NCBI GenBank assembly: GCA_905210905.1
Contig: CAJLYQ010000002.1
Location: 1-58,706 of the forward strand
Direction of reading: 5' to 3'
DNA length: 58,706 nt
Origin: an uncultured Christensenella sp.
Lineage (GTDB): Bacteria; Bacillota; Clostridia; Christensenellales; DTU072
The notes under the pieces were generated by a model, which was not told the origin of the DNA, ran no database searches, and saw nothing but the letters and a program-made list of their open reading frames with translations. Position numbers and translations under genes: made by a program. Shown one piece after another: positions 1-10,563 of the stretch. Each line of letters starts with the position of its first letter. Position 1 is the first letter of the stretch.

Positions 1-656
1 AAATCGTTTACCTGCTTTGCCGTCCGATTAAAATCGATTATTCCGTCTTCTTTGGTAAGCATTCTGCAGTGCGTCGCTTCGCTCTCGTCCTGTTTTACCC
101 ATTTAAGGTTACCCTTTTCAGTATCGTCGAGAGCCTTAACTATGAGTTCCGCTCCGACTTCGGATAATTTTAACAACGCTTCTTCGCTGTTTTCGTCGGT
201 AAGTCTTATCGCCTTTTTTAGAAGCATATCGCCGGTGTCGACGCCGAGTTCGGTTTTCATAATCGTTACGCCGAGTTCTTCGTCGCCGTTTATGATCGCC
301 CACTGAACCGGGGAAGAGCCGCGGTACTTCGGCAGTAAAGACGCGTGCACGTTGTATATAGGGCATATATCGAGTATGTTTTGGCGTAAGATTTGTCCGT
401 AAGCGCAAGTAACCATAACGTCGGGATTTAGCGCGCGCAAAGTTTCTTCCCCTTCTTTGGATACCTTATCGAACTGCATTACGTTAAGTCCTTTGCCGAG
501 TGCATAAGCCTTAACCGCTCCGACGGTAATTTTTTTTCCTCGTCCGTTCACTCTGTCGGGTTGCGTAACGACGCCTACGACTTCGTGAGAAGAATTTACT
601 ATTGCGTCGAGAACGTTAACCGCAAAAACGGGCGTTCCGAGAAAAACAACTTTCAT
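1..656 (-). CDS. fmt: methionyl-tRNA formyltransferase (3' end cut by window edge)
   Basis: Manual minus-strand translation from ATG at 656 gives MKVVFLGTPVFAV...NVHASLLPKYRGSSPVQWAIINGD. The ATG overlaps the def stop (TAATG), and def-fmt synteny is conserved. Confidence 0.9.
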   Translation of the reverse strand, partial: MKVVFLGTPVFAVNVLDAIVNSSHEVVGVVTQPDRVNGRGKKITVGAVKAYALGKGLNVMQFDKVSKEGEETLRALNPDVMVTCAYGQILRQNILDICPIYNVHASLLPKYRGSSPVQWAIINGDEELGVTIMKTELGVDTGDMLLKKAIRLTDENSEEALLKLSEVGAELIVKALDDTEKGNLKWVKQDESEATHCRMLTKEDGIIDFNRTAKQVND

Positions 657-1108
657 TACTCTTTTCCCTCGTATTTTTTCGTATAGAAAAGTATGCCTTC
701 GAGATGGTCGAGTTCGTGGCAAACCGCTCTGGCTGGCAATCCGGTAAGTTCTTTTTCGTATTTTTCACCCTTTCTGTCGTAGGCTCTGAGCGTTATTTTA
801 TAAGGACGCAAAACTTTGCAATTCTTAGAAGAATCCACGCTTAAACAGCCTTCTTCGTCAATTTGTTTACCTTCTGCCGCTATAATCTGCGGATTTACCA
901 TTTCGAGTTTTTCGTCGTCCGCTTCGACTACCGCAATTCTTCTCAAGTATCCGATTTGCGGTCCCGCAAGCCCGACGCCGTCCGCTTTGCGCATCGTGTC
1001 GAACATATCGTCGAGAAGTTCTCCGAGTTTATCGTCAAAAACCGTCACCTCACGGCATCTTTTGAAAAGTATATCGTTGTCTTCCTGAAAAATCTTTCTT
1101 ACTGCCAT
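656..1108 (-). CDS. def: peptide deformylase
   Basis: 150-aa ORF with the GVGLAGPQIG, EGCLS and HELDH motifs. Confidence 0.95.
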   Translation of the reverse strand: MAVRKIFQEDNDILFKRCREVTVFDDKLGELLDDMFDTMRKADGVGLAGPQIGYLRRIAVVEADDEKLEMVNPQIIAAEGKQIDEEGCLSVDSSKNCKVLRPYKITLRAYDRKGEKYEKELTGLPARAVCHELDHLEGILFYTKKYEGKE

Positions 1109-1123
1109 TTTTCGCCTCCGTAG

Positions 1124-3298
1124 TTATCTCATATTCGTCGGATTGATTTCGACGAAAGTGGTTACGCCTTTTACCGCTATTTTTTCCGCCGCCTTATATA
1201 CGAGCGGCAAAACTTCGTTCACTCCTTCTTCCCGTATCCATACCACTATCTGAAAACGGAACTCGTTGCTTATTCTCTTTATCGGCGCACGCATTGCCTG
1301 AACTCTGAAAAGCGCAGGATTTTCCGCTTTTATCGCGCGCATATATTCGTACCCTTGTCTTGCCGACGCTATCGCTTTTTGCTCGTTTTCGCTTTTAACA
1401 AGCACTCTCGCTATCTTCGAAAACGGCGGAAAGGACGTATTTTCTCTTATATTGTTTTCTTTTTCAAAAAATCCGACGTAATCGTAATTTCTTGCAAAGC
1501 GATAAACGTAATGATTCGGGTTATACGTCTGAATTATTACTTTCCCTTCTTTTTCGTCCCTTCCCGCTCTTCCCGCTACCTGCGTAATTTGCTGGAAAGT
1601 GGTTTCGTTGCTTCGGTAATCGCTACCGTACAAACTTAAATCCGCGTCGGGAACACCCACGAGCGTAACCGATGCGAAATCGTGTCCTTTTACTATCATT
1701 TGCGTTCCGACGAGTATATCCGCTTCTTTACGGGCAAACGACGACAATATCTGCGCTGTTGAATCCTTACCCGACGCAGTGTCGTTGTCCAAACGCAAAA
1801 GTCTTGCTTTCGGAAACAGTTCGGCAAGTTTTTCCATTACCGTTTCCGTTCCCATTCGTCCTAAACTTAACTTATCGCTGCCGCACTGCGGACACAGGTC
1901 CAAATTGTAGAACTGCTTTCCGCAATAATGGCATTTAAGCGTGTTGTCTTCTTTATGATACGTTAGGTTGACTTCGCAGTCCGTACACATCGGAACGTAA
2001 CCGCACTGCTTGCACCGTACGAACGAAGCGAACCCCCTTCTGTTGATGAAAATCATCGCCTGATTTCCGTCTTTCAGGGTTTTGTCGAGTTCGCTCAGAA
2101 GTTTGCGAGAGAACAAACCGTTGTTCCCTTCTCGTATTTCCCTTCGCATATCGACGAATTCCATATCCGGAAGAGAACGCTTGTTGGCGCGATTTTTCAG
2201 CGTAATAAGTTTATATTCGCCTTTAACGGCTCGATAATAGGTCTCAAGCGACGGAGTCGCACTGCCGAGTACAAGTTTCGCTCCGTTGTATTTTCGCCTG
2301 AATTCCGCAATATCGTGCGTATGGTATCTAGGATTCGACTCGCTTACGTAACTAGTGTCGTGTTCTTCGTCGATTACGATTATTCCTACGTTTTTAAGCG
2401 GCGCGAATATCGCGCTCCTTGCCCCCAAAGCGACTTTCGCTTCGCCTGTAAGAAGTTTTCTCCATTCGTCGAAACGTTCTCCGTCGCTCATTCCGCTATG
2501 GATAAGAGCAACGCCGTCGCCGAACCTTCTGCGAAAAACTCCGAGCATTTGCGGTGTAAGACTGATTTCGGGAACGAGCATAATCGCGCTTTTGCCGAGT
2601 GCGAGCGTTCTTTCTATTGCCGCCATATATACTTCCGTCTTACCGCTGCCCGTAACCCCGTGCAAAACGCAGGGCTTGTCGCTCGTCATTATGCTTTCTA
2701 CGGCGTTTTTCTGTTCGTCGGTAAGCGTTATTTTCTTTGCTTCGGCAACCACTCCTTTAAGCGGAACTCGGTTTACCGTAACCGTTTCTTTATGTAAAAT
2801 CCCTTTTTCGATAAGGGCTTTGACGCAACCTGCGCCGTATTTTGCGGATAAAACGGTTTCAAACTCTCCGTTTTCGTTTATTTCTTCGATTAAAGCAAGT
2901 TGTTTCGGCGAGTTCTTCCTTATCAAGGTCACTGCAAGTTTTTTGTCTACGTCAAGCGTAATAAAACCGCGCGTAAGTTCTCTTACCTGTCCGCCCCTGA
3001 GTTTGGAAGGTATGCTAAGCCTTAAAGTATCGGCGTATCGGAGATTGTTGTATTTTTTGAGATATTCGCTTAACGCTATCATCTCGGGAATTATCGGCGT
3101 AAACTCGTCGAGTTTTCGAATAATGTTTTTCGTAGCGATGTCGGTGCTTTCTTTCGTTCCTACGACAAACCCTTCTATCGTGCGCTTGCCGAAAGGAACC
3201 AGCACTCTGCTCCCGACTTCCACGTCGAATTCGGACGAATAATCGAAAACTCTGTCCACTTCGGAGTTGCTTACGTCAACGATAACTCTGTAAATCAT
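1124..3298 (-). CDS. priA: primosomal protein N' (replication restart helicase)
   Basis: 724 aa with Walker A GVTGSGKTEVY, a DEEHD box and the Cys-rich Zn module CKQCGY..CTDC..CHYCG..CPQCGS. Confidence 0.95.
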   Translation of the reverse strand: MIYRVIVDVSNSEVDRVFDYSSEFDVEVGSRVLVPFGKRTIEGFVVGTKESTDIATKNIIRKLDEFTPIIPEMIALSEYLKKYNNLRYADTLRLSIPSKLRGGQVRELTRGFITLDVDKKLAVTLIRKNSPKQLALIEEINENGEFETVLSAKYGAGCVKALIEKGILHKETVTVNRVPLKGVVAEAKKITLTDEQKNAVESIMTSDKPCVLHGVTGSGKTEVYMAAIERTLALGKSAIMLVPEISLTPQMLGVFRRRFGDGVALIHSGMSDGERFDEWRKLLTGEAKVALGARSAIFAPLKNVGIIVIDEEHDTSYVSESNPRYHTHDIAEFRRKYNGAKLVLGSATPSLETYYRAVKGEYKLITLKNRANKRSLPDMEFVDMRREIREGNNGLFSRKLLSELDKTLKDGNQAMIFINRRGFASFVRCKQCGYVPMCTDCEVNLTYHKEDNTLKCHYCGKQFYNLDLCPQCGSDKLSLGRMGTETVMEKLAELFPKARLLRLDNDTASGKDSTAQILSSFARKEADILVGTQMIVKGHDFASVTLVGVPDADLSLYGSDYRSNETTFQQITQVAGRAGRDEKEGKVIIQTYNPNHYVYRFARNYDYVGFFEKENNIRENTSFPPFSKIARVLVKSENEQKAIASARQGYEYMRAIKAENPALFRVQAMRAPIKRISNEFRFQIVVWIREEGVNEVLPLVYKAAEKIAVKGVTTFVEINPTNMR

Positions 3299-4467
3299 AG
3301 CGAAACTATCCCGTCGAGTATCACGTCCGCAAGTTCTCTTTTCGTCATTATCGGCAAACTTTCCGTTCTGCCGTCGGCAAAAATAATCGTCGCGACGTTC
3401 GTGTCGCAGTTAAACCCTGCGCCTTCTTTCGTCACGTCGTTTGCGACGACCATATCGGCATTTTTCTTAATGAGTTTTTGCGCGGCGTTTTCAAGCAGAT
3501 TTTCCGTTTCCGCAGCGAACACGACAAGCGTTCGTCCGCCTTTGATCTCGCCTATTTTAGCGGCGATATCCGGGTTTTTAACAAGTTCGAGAGTAAGCGT
3601 ATCCGACTTGATTTTTTGCGAAAACCTGTTTTTCACTCTATAATCGGCAGGAGCCGCGCTCATAACGAAAGCGTCGCAATTCTTTTCCTCGTTCATAACC
3701 GCTTCGAGCATATCGTTCGTGCTTTTAACGGACACGACTTTGCAATCCGCAGGAATTTTTGCGCTTACCGAACCGCATATCAGCGTAACCAGTCCGCCGC
3801 GGGCAATCACCGCTTCCGCTATGGCAAAACCCATTTTCCCGGAAGAACGGTTACCGATAAACCGCACTCCGTCGATGTCTTCCGTAGTTCCGCCTGCGGT
3901 AACGAGAACTCGTTTCCCGCGGAAGTCGGCTATCGGCGTGAGCAATTTATCGACATACCCGACGATATTGACGGGTTCTTCCATTCTTCCTACGCCTTTA
4001 TCTCCGCACGCAAGAAGTCCTTCGGTAGGTTCGACGATATGTACGCCTCGTTCTTTCAGTATTTGCAGGTTTTTCTCGTTTGCGTCGGCAACGTACATTT
4101 TCGTGTTCATTGCAGGGCAAACTACTTTTATCGCCTCGGTTGCGGCAAAAGAGGTGGTCAGCATATCGTCGGCGACTCCGCCGGCAAATTTTGCGATAAC
4201 GTTCGCCGTTGCCGGAGCAACGAGAAAAACGTCCGCCCATTTGGCGAGCGATATATGCTCCACGTCGTAGTGCGGTTTTTCTTCGAACATATCTTTGATA
4301 ATCGCATTTTTTGAAAGCGTCTCGAAAGTAAGCGGAGCAACGAACTCCGTCGCATGCTCGGTCATAACGACTTTTACGTTATATCCGAGTTTTTTTAACC
4401 TAGAAACGATTTCGCACGACTTATAAGCGGCTATGCCGCCGCTGACGCCGAGAACAACGTTCTTCAC
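3295..4467 (-). CDS. coaBC: bifunctional phosphopantothenoylcysteine decarboxylase/synthetase
   Basis: 390 aa with an N-terminal flavoprotein motif GVSGGIAAYK and a C-terminal GNRSSGKMG. There is a 4-nt overlap with the priA start. Confidence 0.93.
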   Translation of the reverse strand: MKNVVLGVSGGIAAYKSCEIVSRLKKLGYNVKVVMTEHATEFVAPLTFETLSKNAIIKDMFEEKPHYDVEHISLAKWADVFLVAPATANVIAKFAGGVADDMLTTSFAATEAIKVVCPAMNTKMYVADANEKNLQILKERGVHIVEPTEGLLACGDKGVGRMEEPVNIVGYVDKLLTPIADFRGKRVLVTAGGTTEDIDGVRFIGNRSSGKMGFAIAEAVIARGGLVTLICGSVSAKIPADCKVVSVKSTNDMLEAVMNEEKNCDAFVMSAAPADYRVKNRFSQKIKSDTLTLELVKNPDIAAKIGEIKGGRTLVVFAAETENLLENAAQKLIKKNADMVVANDVTKEGAGFNCDTNVATIIFADGRTESLPIMTKRELADVILDGIVSL

Positions 4468-4469
4468 TT

Positions 4470-4667
4470 TTATTGACCGACCTTAACTATTACTTTTCCG
4501 TCGTAAATTTCCTGAGCGGCGTAAGAAATCGGTTTCATTCCGCTTTCTTCGAGTTCTTTCGCTTTCGTCGCGCTGAGTTCCCTCGCTCTTTTTGCAAGTC
4601 CGCATACGAGTGCATAACGGCAAGGCGTTTTGGTAATAAGTTTGTCAATGGGGGGTTCGATCATCAT
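4470..4667 (-). CDS. rpoZ: DNA-directed RNA polymerase subunit omega
   Basis: 65 aa beginning IEPPIDKLITKTPCRYALVCGLAKRAREL. It sits in the gmk-rpoZ-coaBC synteny. Confidence 0.85.
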   Translation of the reverse strand: MMIEPPIDKLITKTPCRYALVCGLAKRARELSATKAKELEESGMKPISYAAQEIYDGKVIVKVGQ

Positions 4668-4694
4668 AATGCAAAATTCTCCTTTTACTTTATT

Positions 4695-5315
4695 TTACAG
4701 GTCCTTGTGACCTAAAATGATTTTGTCGATGTTTTTTATGTTCCGCGATACTTTCTGCCGTTCCGCTTCGATTATCGCGTCAACTTTGCGTACGCAACTG
4801 TCGAGATCGTCGTTGAGTACGACGTAGTCGTAATCGTACGCGCAGGGAAGTTCTTTCTTGCACTTCGCCATTCTTTTCGCAATTTGCTCTTTCGTTTCCG
4901 TCTTCCTGTCTTCCAAACGTCTTTTCAGTTCGGTCAGATCGGGCGGAACGATAAAAATGCTTACGCACTGATGCTTTTTTCTTACGTTTTCGGCACCCGT
5001 CGTTTCGATTTCCAGAATTACGTCCTCGTTTCTCGAAAGTTTGTCGTCTACTTCCTTTCTCGGCGTGCCGTAACCGGTGTCGAACGCTTCCACGTATTCG
5101 TACATTCCGTCGCTTTCCACGAGTTCGCGAAAACGCTCTTTCGTGATAAAGTAGTAATGAACGCCGTCTATCTCGCCCTCTCTCGGTTTTCTCGTGGTAA
5201 CCGACACGTTGACGGATATGTCCTTCATATCTTCGCAGACGCGCTTAAGAACCGTTCCTTTCCCGACTCCGCTCGGTCCGCTTATTACGAATAAAATTCC
5301 TCTTCCTCTACTCAA
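4695..5315 (-). CDS. gmk: guanylate kinase
   Basis: P-loop GPSGVGKGT. The listed ORF extends to 5363, but that extension overlaps the yicC tail. A TTG at 5315 gives MSRGRGILFVISGPSGVGKGT. Confidence 0.9.
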   Translation of the reverse strand: MSRGRGILFVISGPSGVGKGTVLKRVCEDMKDISVNVSVTTRKPREGEIDGVHYYFITKERFRELVESDGMYEYVEAFDTGYGTPRKEVDDKLSRNEDVILEIETTGAENVRKKHQCVSIFIVPPDLTELKRRLEDRKTETKEQIAKRMAKCKKELPCAYDYDYVVLNDDLDSCVRKVDAIIEAERQKVSRNIKNIDKIILGHKDL

Positions 5316-6180
5316 TGTTTTGCACCTGTTCCCTGAATTTTTCCAGTTCGTTTTTAGCGGCAAGCACCTTTTGCGTAAGCGTAAGGTCGTTGCTCTTAGA
5401 ACCGGTCGTGTTTATTTCTCTGTTGATTTCCTGCACGAGAAAATCAAGTTTTTTGCCGACTTCGTTCTTCTCTTCCATAAGGGAAAAACCGTGACTTAAA
5501 TGTGCGCGAAGTCTTGTGATCTCTTCGTCAATGTTGCATTTATCTGTAAAGCACGCAATTTCGGTAAGAAAACGCGATTCGTCGATTTCTACCCCGGACA
5601 AAACTTCTTCCATTCGTTGTTTCAGTTTTTTTGCGTAGTTTTCCGCAACCGCAGGCGCGCGCAGCGCTATCTCTTCAACGATTTTTTCCAAATTTCCCAG
5701 TCTGAAACAAAGTTCTTTCTTTAACGCTTCCCCTTCCTTTTCTCTCGCTTTCAAAAGATTAAGACACGCCTCTTCCGTGGCTGCTTTCGCAAGCGAAACG
5801 AGTTCTTCTTCGTCCGCTTCGTCGGGTTCGACCGTAACGACTTCGGGCATACGAAGAATTTGAGACGCCGTCAAATCGTTGTTTACGCCGATTTTTTCGA
5901 GTTCTTTCGCCGCCGTAAGGTATTGCTTTGCAAGCGGTAAGTCGACGAGCACTTCTCCCCTGTCGTCACGCATATCTCTGTATCCGACGAAAACGTCCGC
6001 GTGTCCGCGTTTTACGTATTTCTTGACAACTTCTCTGATCGCGTCCTCGGCAAAGAAAAGCGCGCGCGGCGATTTAACCGACAAGTCGAGAACTTTATGA
6101 TTAACCGTCTTTACGTCAACCGTAATTTTTATCCCGTTCCGTTCGGCCAAACCTTTCCCGAACCCCGTCATACTCTTCAT
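5308..6180 (-). CDS. yicC: YicC-family stress-induced protein
   Basis: Family-typical N-terminus MKSMTGFGKG from the ATG at 6180; the ORF track extends to 6240. The C-terminal DUF1732-like segment reads LDFLVQEINREINTTGSK. Confidence 0.88.
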   Translation of the reverse strand: MKSMTGFGKGLAERNGIKITVDVKTVNHKVLDLSVKSPRALFFAEDAIREVVKKYVKRGHADVFVGYRDMRDDRGEVLVDLPLAKQYLTAAKELEKIGVNNDLTASQILRMPEVVTVEPDEADEEELVSLAKAATEEACLNLLKAREKEGEALKKELCFRLGNLEKIVEEIALRAPAVAENYAKKLKQRMEEVLSGVEIDESRFLTEIACFTDKCNIDEEITRLRAHLSHGFSLMEEKNEVGKKLDFLVQEINREINTTGSKSNDLTLTQKVLAAKNELEKFREQVQNIE

Positions 6181-6268
6181 TTCAGCATTCTCCGATTTTC
6201 GATTTTTCGATAGTATACCACACATCTTAAACACTGACAAACGTTTTTATATATTTTATATAAATAAA

Positions 6269-6286
6269 TGCGCCCGAACGGGCGCA
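6269..6286 (-). terminator. hairpin downstream of ligA
   Basis: Hairpin tgcgccc-gaac-gggcgca, followed on the minus strand by a T-rich tract. Confidence 0.55.
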
Positions 6287-6356
6287 CAAAAAGCGAACAA
6301 AGCGTAGACAGAAACGAAATAAAGGTTAATTCCGTATTCGGCAAAACGAACGCCGA

Positions 6357-8312
6357 TCAAAGTATCAGACCGTTCTCTCTGAGCACCGACAAAAACTTGT
6401 CTTCGTCCCAAATTTCCACACCGAATTTTTTTGCTTTATCGAGTTTGCTTCCGGCTTCCTCTCCGGCAATAACGAGATTGACGGATTTAGAAACGCTGTC
6501 CGAAGTTTTTCCGCCGAGTTCTTTTATAACTTCCGCCGCCTGCGATCTTTTGAACGCAACGAGTGAACCGGTCAAAACCACGTTTTTACCGCTTAAAACG
6601 CCTTCTTTCTTCTCTTCCGTGCGGATTTTTACGCCTTTTTCGAAAAGTTTTTCTATTTGAGCGGAATTTTCTTCGTCGTCGAAAAACTTGCGTACGTTTT
6701 CCGCCATAATAAGACCGAAATCGTCGAGAGAAACGAGTTCTTCGACGCTTGCCGCTCTGATTTTTTCGAATGATCCGAAATGGTCGGCAAGTTGTTTTGC
6801 CGTTTTCTTCCCGATAGCCGGAATACCCAAAGCAAATACGAACCTGTCAAGGGTTACGTCCTTACTTTTTTCGATTCCGGCAAGTAAATTCGTTATTTTT
6901 TTATCCTTAAAACCGTCTAATTTGAACAATTTTTCGGCGGTAAGTTCGTATAGTTGATACGGATGTTTCAGTCCGAATTCGTTATAAAGTTGCTCTGCGG
7001 TTTTTTCGCTGAAACCGTCTATATCCATACACGATTTTTGCGCAAAATGATCCAAAGTCGCAACGATTGCGGGCGCGCATTTATCGGGATTCGTGCAGTA
7101 CAAAAACGCCCCTTCTTCCTTGACCGGCGCACCGCAGGCAGGACACTTGTCGGGCTTGGGCACGTCAACGGATTCCGGCAACAAAGCGGCTAGCCCCGTT
7201 ATCTCGGGTATTACGTCGTTACTTCTTCTGATGAAAACTCTGGAATGTAACTTTATTCCCTTCTTTAGGATATCGGAATAGTTGTTTAGGGTAGCCCTTT
7301 TAACGGTTACGCCCATAAGATCAACCGGTTCGAGAACGGCAAGCGGATTTAGTTTGCGAGTTCTGGACACCTGCCACACGACGTCGTCGAGAACGGTAGT
7401 AACCTCTTCCGCTTCGAATTTATACGCAAGCGCCCATCTTGGGAATTTCTCGGTAAATCCGAGTTCTTCTCTTATAGCCATCGAGTTGATTTTTAACACC
7501 GCCCCGTCTATCAAAAAATCAAGATCAGGTCGATTTTTTTCAATTTTATCAATTACTTTTTGTGCCTCGTTTTGCGACTTTACAAGCGTAAAAACATCGT
7601 CTGTCAAGAAACCGTTTTCTATTAAAAACGAATGAACTTCTTCTTGCGTTTTGAAAGTTTTACCGGCAGAATAACCGATATTATACGCTACGAAATCGAG
7701 TTTCCTCGCAGCGGTTACCGACGGATCGAGATTTCGAATCGCGCCGGCTACGCCGTTTCGGGCGTTTTTAAGCGGAACAGCCGCCGTTTCGTTATAACTT
7801 TTTAACGAACTCAAACGCATAAGCCCTTCGCCCTGAATTTCTATTTCGCCTTTATACGGGATCGTGAGCGGCACGCTTTTTATCGTTTTTACCTGAGCGG
7901 TAACGAGTTCTCCCGTTATTCCGTCTCCGCGCGTAGCGGCAGAAACGAGCAAACCGTCTTTGTACGTTATTGACAAGGTCAAACCGTCGAATTTATTTTC
8001 TACCGTCATTTCGGGGATAAATCCGAGTTGTTTTTCTATGCGCTGAAAATAGGCGGTAAGTTCTTCACTGCCCTTTGCTTTGTCAAGAGAATACAGTTTA
8101 AGTTTATGCTTATAAGAAACAAATTCTTTAAGCGGCGCGCCGCCTACCCTGTGCGTCGGCGAATCCGGCAACGCTCCGTATTCTTTTTCGAGTTCGACGA
8201 GTTCGTAATACATCGCATCGTATTCGGCGTCCGATACCGTCGGATTGTCGAGTTCGTAATATTCTTTTGCGTATCGATTAAGCAAATCGACGAGTTGGCG
8301 CATTCTTTCCAT
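6357..8312 (-). CDS. ligA: NAD-dependent DNA ligase
   Basis: 651 aa with the KxDG adenylation motif (ENKFDGLT), the Zn finger CPACGAPV..CTNPDKC, and HhH and C-terminal BRCT regions. Confidence 0.96.
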   Translation of the reverse strand: MERMRQLVDLLNRYAKEYYELDNPTVSDAEYDAMYYELVELEKEYGALPDSPTHRVGGAPLKEFVSYKHKLKLYSLDKAKGSEELTAYFQRIEKQLGFIPEMTVENKFDGLTLSITYKDGLLVSAATRGDGITGELVTAQVKTIKSVPLTIPYKGEIEIQGEGLMRLSSLKSYNETAAVPLKNARNGVAGAIRNLDPSVTAARKLDFVAYNIGYSAGKTFKTQEEVHSFLIENGFLTDDVFTLVKSQNEAQKVIDKIEKNRPDLDFLIDGAVLKINSMAIREELGFTEKFPRWALAYKFEAEEVTTVLDDVVWQVSRTRKLNPLAVLEPVDLMGVTVKRATLNNYSDILKKGIKLHSRVFIRRSNDVIPEITGLAALLPESVDVPKPDKCPACGAPVKEEGAFLYCTNPDKCAPAIVATLDHFAQKSCMDIDGFSEKTAEQLYNEFGLKHPYQLYELTAEKLFKLDGFKDKKITNLLAGIEKSKDVTLDRFVFALGIPAIGKKTAKQLADHFGSFEKIRAASVEELVSLDDFGLIMAENVRKFFDDEENSAQIEKLFEKGVKIRTEEKKEGVLSGKNVVLTGSLVAFKRSQAAEVIKELGGKTSDSVSKSVNLVIAGEEAGSKLDKAKKFGVEIWDEDKFLSVLRENGLIL

Positions 8313-8331
8313 TTTTTTATTCCTTTCCGCT

Positions 8332-10563
8332 CTAATCGCAAAGCGTAAGCGGCGCGTTCATCAGTGCGAATTTCTTTACGCCAAGTCCCGGAAAAGCAAC
8401 GCTTACCGTCGTTCCGTTTCCGCTTCCGCCGGTAGTAATTACCGTTCCTTTTCCGTACTTCGGGTGGGAAACTTTTGCTCCGGGCTTAAACCCTTCGCCC
8501 GAGATATTGTATATTTTGGGTTTAACCTGTATGTCGGTTTTTACAACGGGCTGCACTGCTTTTTGAGTAAAGTCGATACTCGTCGGTATTGCCGATTCGT
8601 ACGTATCCTCGTATCTTTCTCTTCCAAAGAAATCTCTGCGGTCGACTTTTACGATCGGTTGCGGCGCTTCCCCTTTTGCCTCCGAGAAAAATCTTGAAGG
8701 AATGGCGGATTCCGTTCTGTTGTACTTGCGACGAACGCCTCTGACCGCCGAAACGTAAAGACGTTCTTTCGCACGGGTAAGCGCAACGTACATAACTCTT
8801 CTTTCTTCTTCGACGCCATTCGCGTCACGCAAACTTTGCGACGAAGGAATTATTCCCTCTTCGCAGGCAATGATAAACACCACCGGGAATTCAAGTCCTT
8901 TCGCCGCGTGCATCGTTGCCAAAACAACGGAATCGGTGTCTTCTTCGTCAGCCGCCGCGTCGGTGTTTAACACCAGAGTTTGCAAAAACTCGCTGAGAGT
9001 AATCTCGGAATCTTCATAGTTTTCTTGCAAGTAAGTCAAAAACTCTTCGATGTTTTCCCAACGGTTTATATCTTCTTCTTTGCCCGTCGAGCGATAGTAG
9101 CGTTCGAACCCCGCTTTCATAACGAGTTCGCCGACGAAATCCACGAGATTCATATTAGACAGATCCGTCTGTAAATCGCCGATTAAATCTCTGAAAACTC
9201 CGACTTTGGATTTAATTACGGGCGAAAAATCGGAATAATTTATATCCATTATTGCGTCGTAAAGGGTGATACCTTTTTCTTTTGCATAGTCGGAAAGTTT
9301 TTCTACGGTCGTATCGCCTATTCCCCTTGCCGGGAAGTTTATTACCCTCGTGATAGCGTCGCTGTCTTTACTGTTAATAAGCAGTCGCATATACGCTATT
9401 ACGTCGAGAATTTCCTTTCTGTCGAAAAATTTATATCCGCCGTAAACCTTATAACTTATGCCGCGCTTGTTAAAACTCGTTTCAAACACACGAGTAAGGG
9501 CGTTGTTTCTGACAAGTATGGCAAAATCGCTGTTTCTGTATCCCTGGCTACGTTTAAGCGACACAATTTGAGATATAACTCTGTCAACTTCTTCGTACTC
9601 GGTGCTACTCGTCATAAATTCGACGCGTACGCCGTCTTTTTTATCGCAGTACAAACTTTTTTCCGTTCTGCTTTTATTGTTGGCGATAAGTCTGTTTGCG
9701 CAGTCGAGTATTTGTTGCGTAGAACGATAGTTTTGTTCTAACTTATATATCTTAGCGTCGGGGAAGGATTTGCCGAAATCGAGAATATTCCTTACGTCCG
9801 CTCCGCGCCAGCCGTATATGCTTTGATCGTCGTCGCCGACCGCAAAAATGTTTCCCCATTTAGACGAAAGCATTTTTAACAGTTCAAACTGAATTTTGTT
9901 AGTGTCCTGAAATTCGTCTACGTGAATATACTTAAACTTGTTGGCGTAATACTCTCTTGCTTCTTCGTCGGTCGCGAGCAAAGTTCTGCACTTAAGCAAT
10001 AAATCGTCAAAATCCATTGCGTTGTTTTCAAAAAGCGTTCTGTCGTATGCGTCGTACACTTCGCAAATAAGCATCGCGTCTTTTTCGTACGCTCTGATAC
10101 TGCGGAAATAGTCGTCCGAACTAAGCCCTGCGTTTTTCGCTTTTCCGATATGAAACGCATACTTGTCTTTATCTTTTTCTTCGAGATGCTTTTCGCGTAA
10201 TACCTTCAAAAGGGCGCGTTTCGACGCACTTTCGTCGTATATCGTAAAGTTTTGCGTATACCCGATCTTTTGTGCGTATTTATGTAAAATCACCACGCAC
10301 AGGGAGTGGAACGTCGATACCCAAACGTCGTTCGGTCCGAGCATATCGGACAATCTTTCTTTCATCTCCCGAGTCGCTTTGTTTGTAAAAGTTATCGCAA
10401 GTATATTCCACGGAAAAACCTTTTTTTCGTCGATAAGATACGCAATTCTATGCGTAAGAACTCTTGTTTTTCCGCTTCCCGCTCCCGCAAAAACCAGTAC
10501 TGCGCCTTCGGTATCGGTTACCGCACTTCTTTGCTGCGGATTTAGTTTTTCTAAATCTGTCAT
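8332..10563 (-). CDS. pcrA: ATP-dependent DNA helicase PcrA/UvrD family
   Basis: 743 aa with AGAGSGKT and DEFQDT motifs. pcrA-ligA synteny is typical of Firmicutes. Confidence 0.94.
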   Translation of the reverse strand: MTDLEKLNPQQRSAVTDTEGAVLVFAGAGSGKTRVLTHRIAYLIDEKKVFPWNILAITFTNKATREMKERLSDMLGPNDVWVSTFHSLCVVILHKYAQKIGYTQNFTIYDESASKRALLKVLREKHLEEKDKDKYAFHIGKAKNAGLSSDDYFRSIRAYEKDAMLICEVYDAYDRTLFENNAMDFDDLLLKCRTLLATDEEAREYYANKFKYIHVDEFQDTNKIQFELLKMLSSKWGNIFAVGDDDQSIYGWRGADVRNILDFGKSFPDAKIYKLEQNYRSTQQILDCANRLIANNKSRTEKSLYCDKKDGVRVEFMTSSTEYEEVDRVISQIVSLKRSQGYRNSDFAILVRNNALTRVFETSFNKRGISYKVYGGYKFFDRKEILDVIAYMRLLINSKDSDAITRVINFPARGIGDTTVEKLSDYAKEKGITLYDAIMDINYSDFSPVIKSKVGVFRDLIGDLQTDLSNMNLVDFVGELVMKAGFERYYRSTGKEEDINRWENIEEFLTYLQENYEDSEITLSEFLQTLVLNTDAAADEEDTDSVVLATMHAAKGLEFPVVFIIACEEGIIPSSQSLRDANGVEEERRVMYVALTRAKERLYVSAVRGVRRKYNRTESAIPSRFFSEAKGEAPQPIVKVDRRDFFGRERYEDTYESAIPTSIDFTQKAVQPVVKTDIQVKPKIYNISGEGFKPGAKVSHPKYGKGTVITTGGSGNGTTVSVAFPGLGVKKFALMNAPLTLCD

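Noticed and set aside
52-408. 84-aa and 90-aa ORFs at the left edge
   Set aside because: They are wrong-frame or antisense relative to the clearly recognisable fmt coding sequence that occupies 1-656 on the minus strand.
5316-5363. Upstream extensions of called ORFs (gmk to 5363, yicC to 6240, dgt to 11567, hydC to 37800, DUF6291-like to 50084)
   Set aside because: The extensions overlap upstream genes or promoters and lack an RBS. Internal starts with an RBS or family-typical N-termini fit better.
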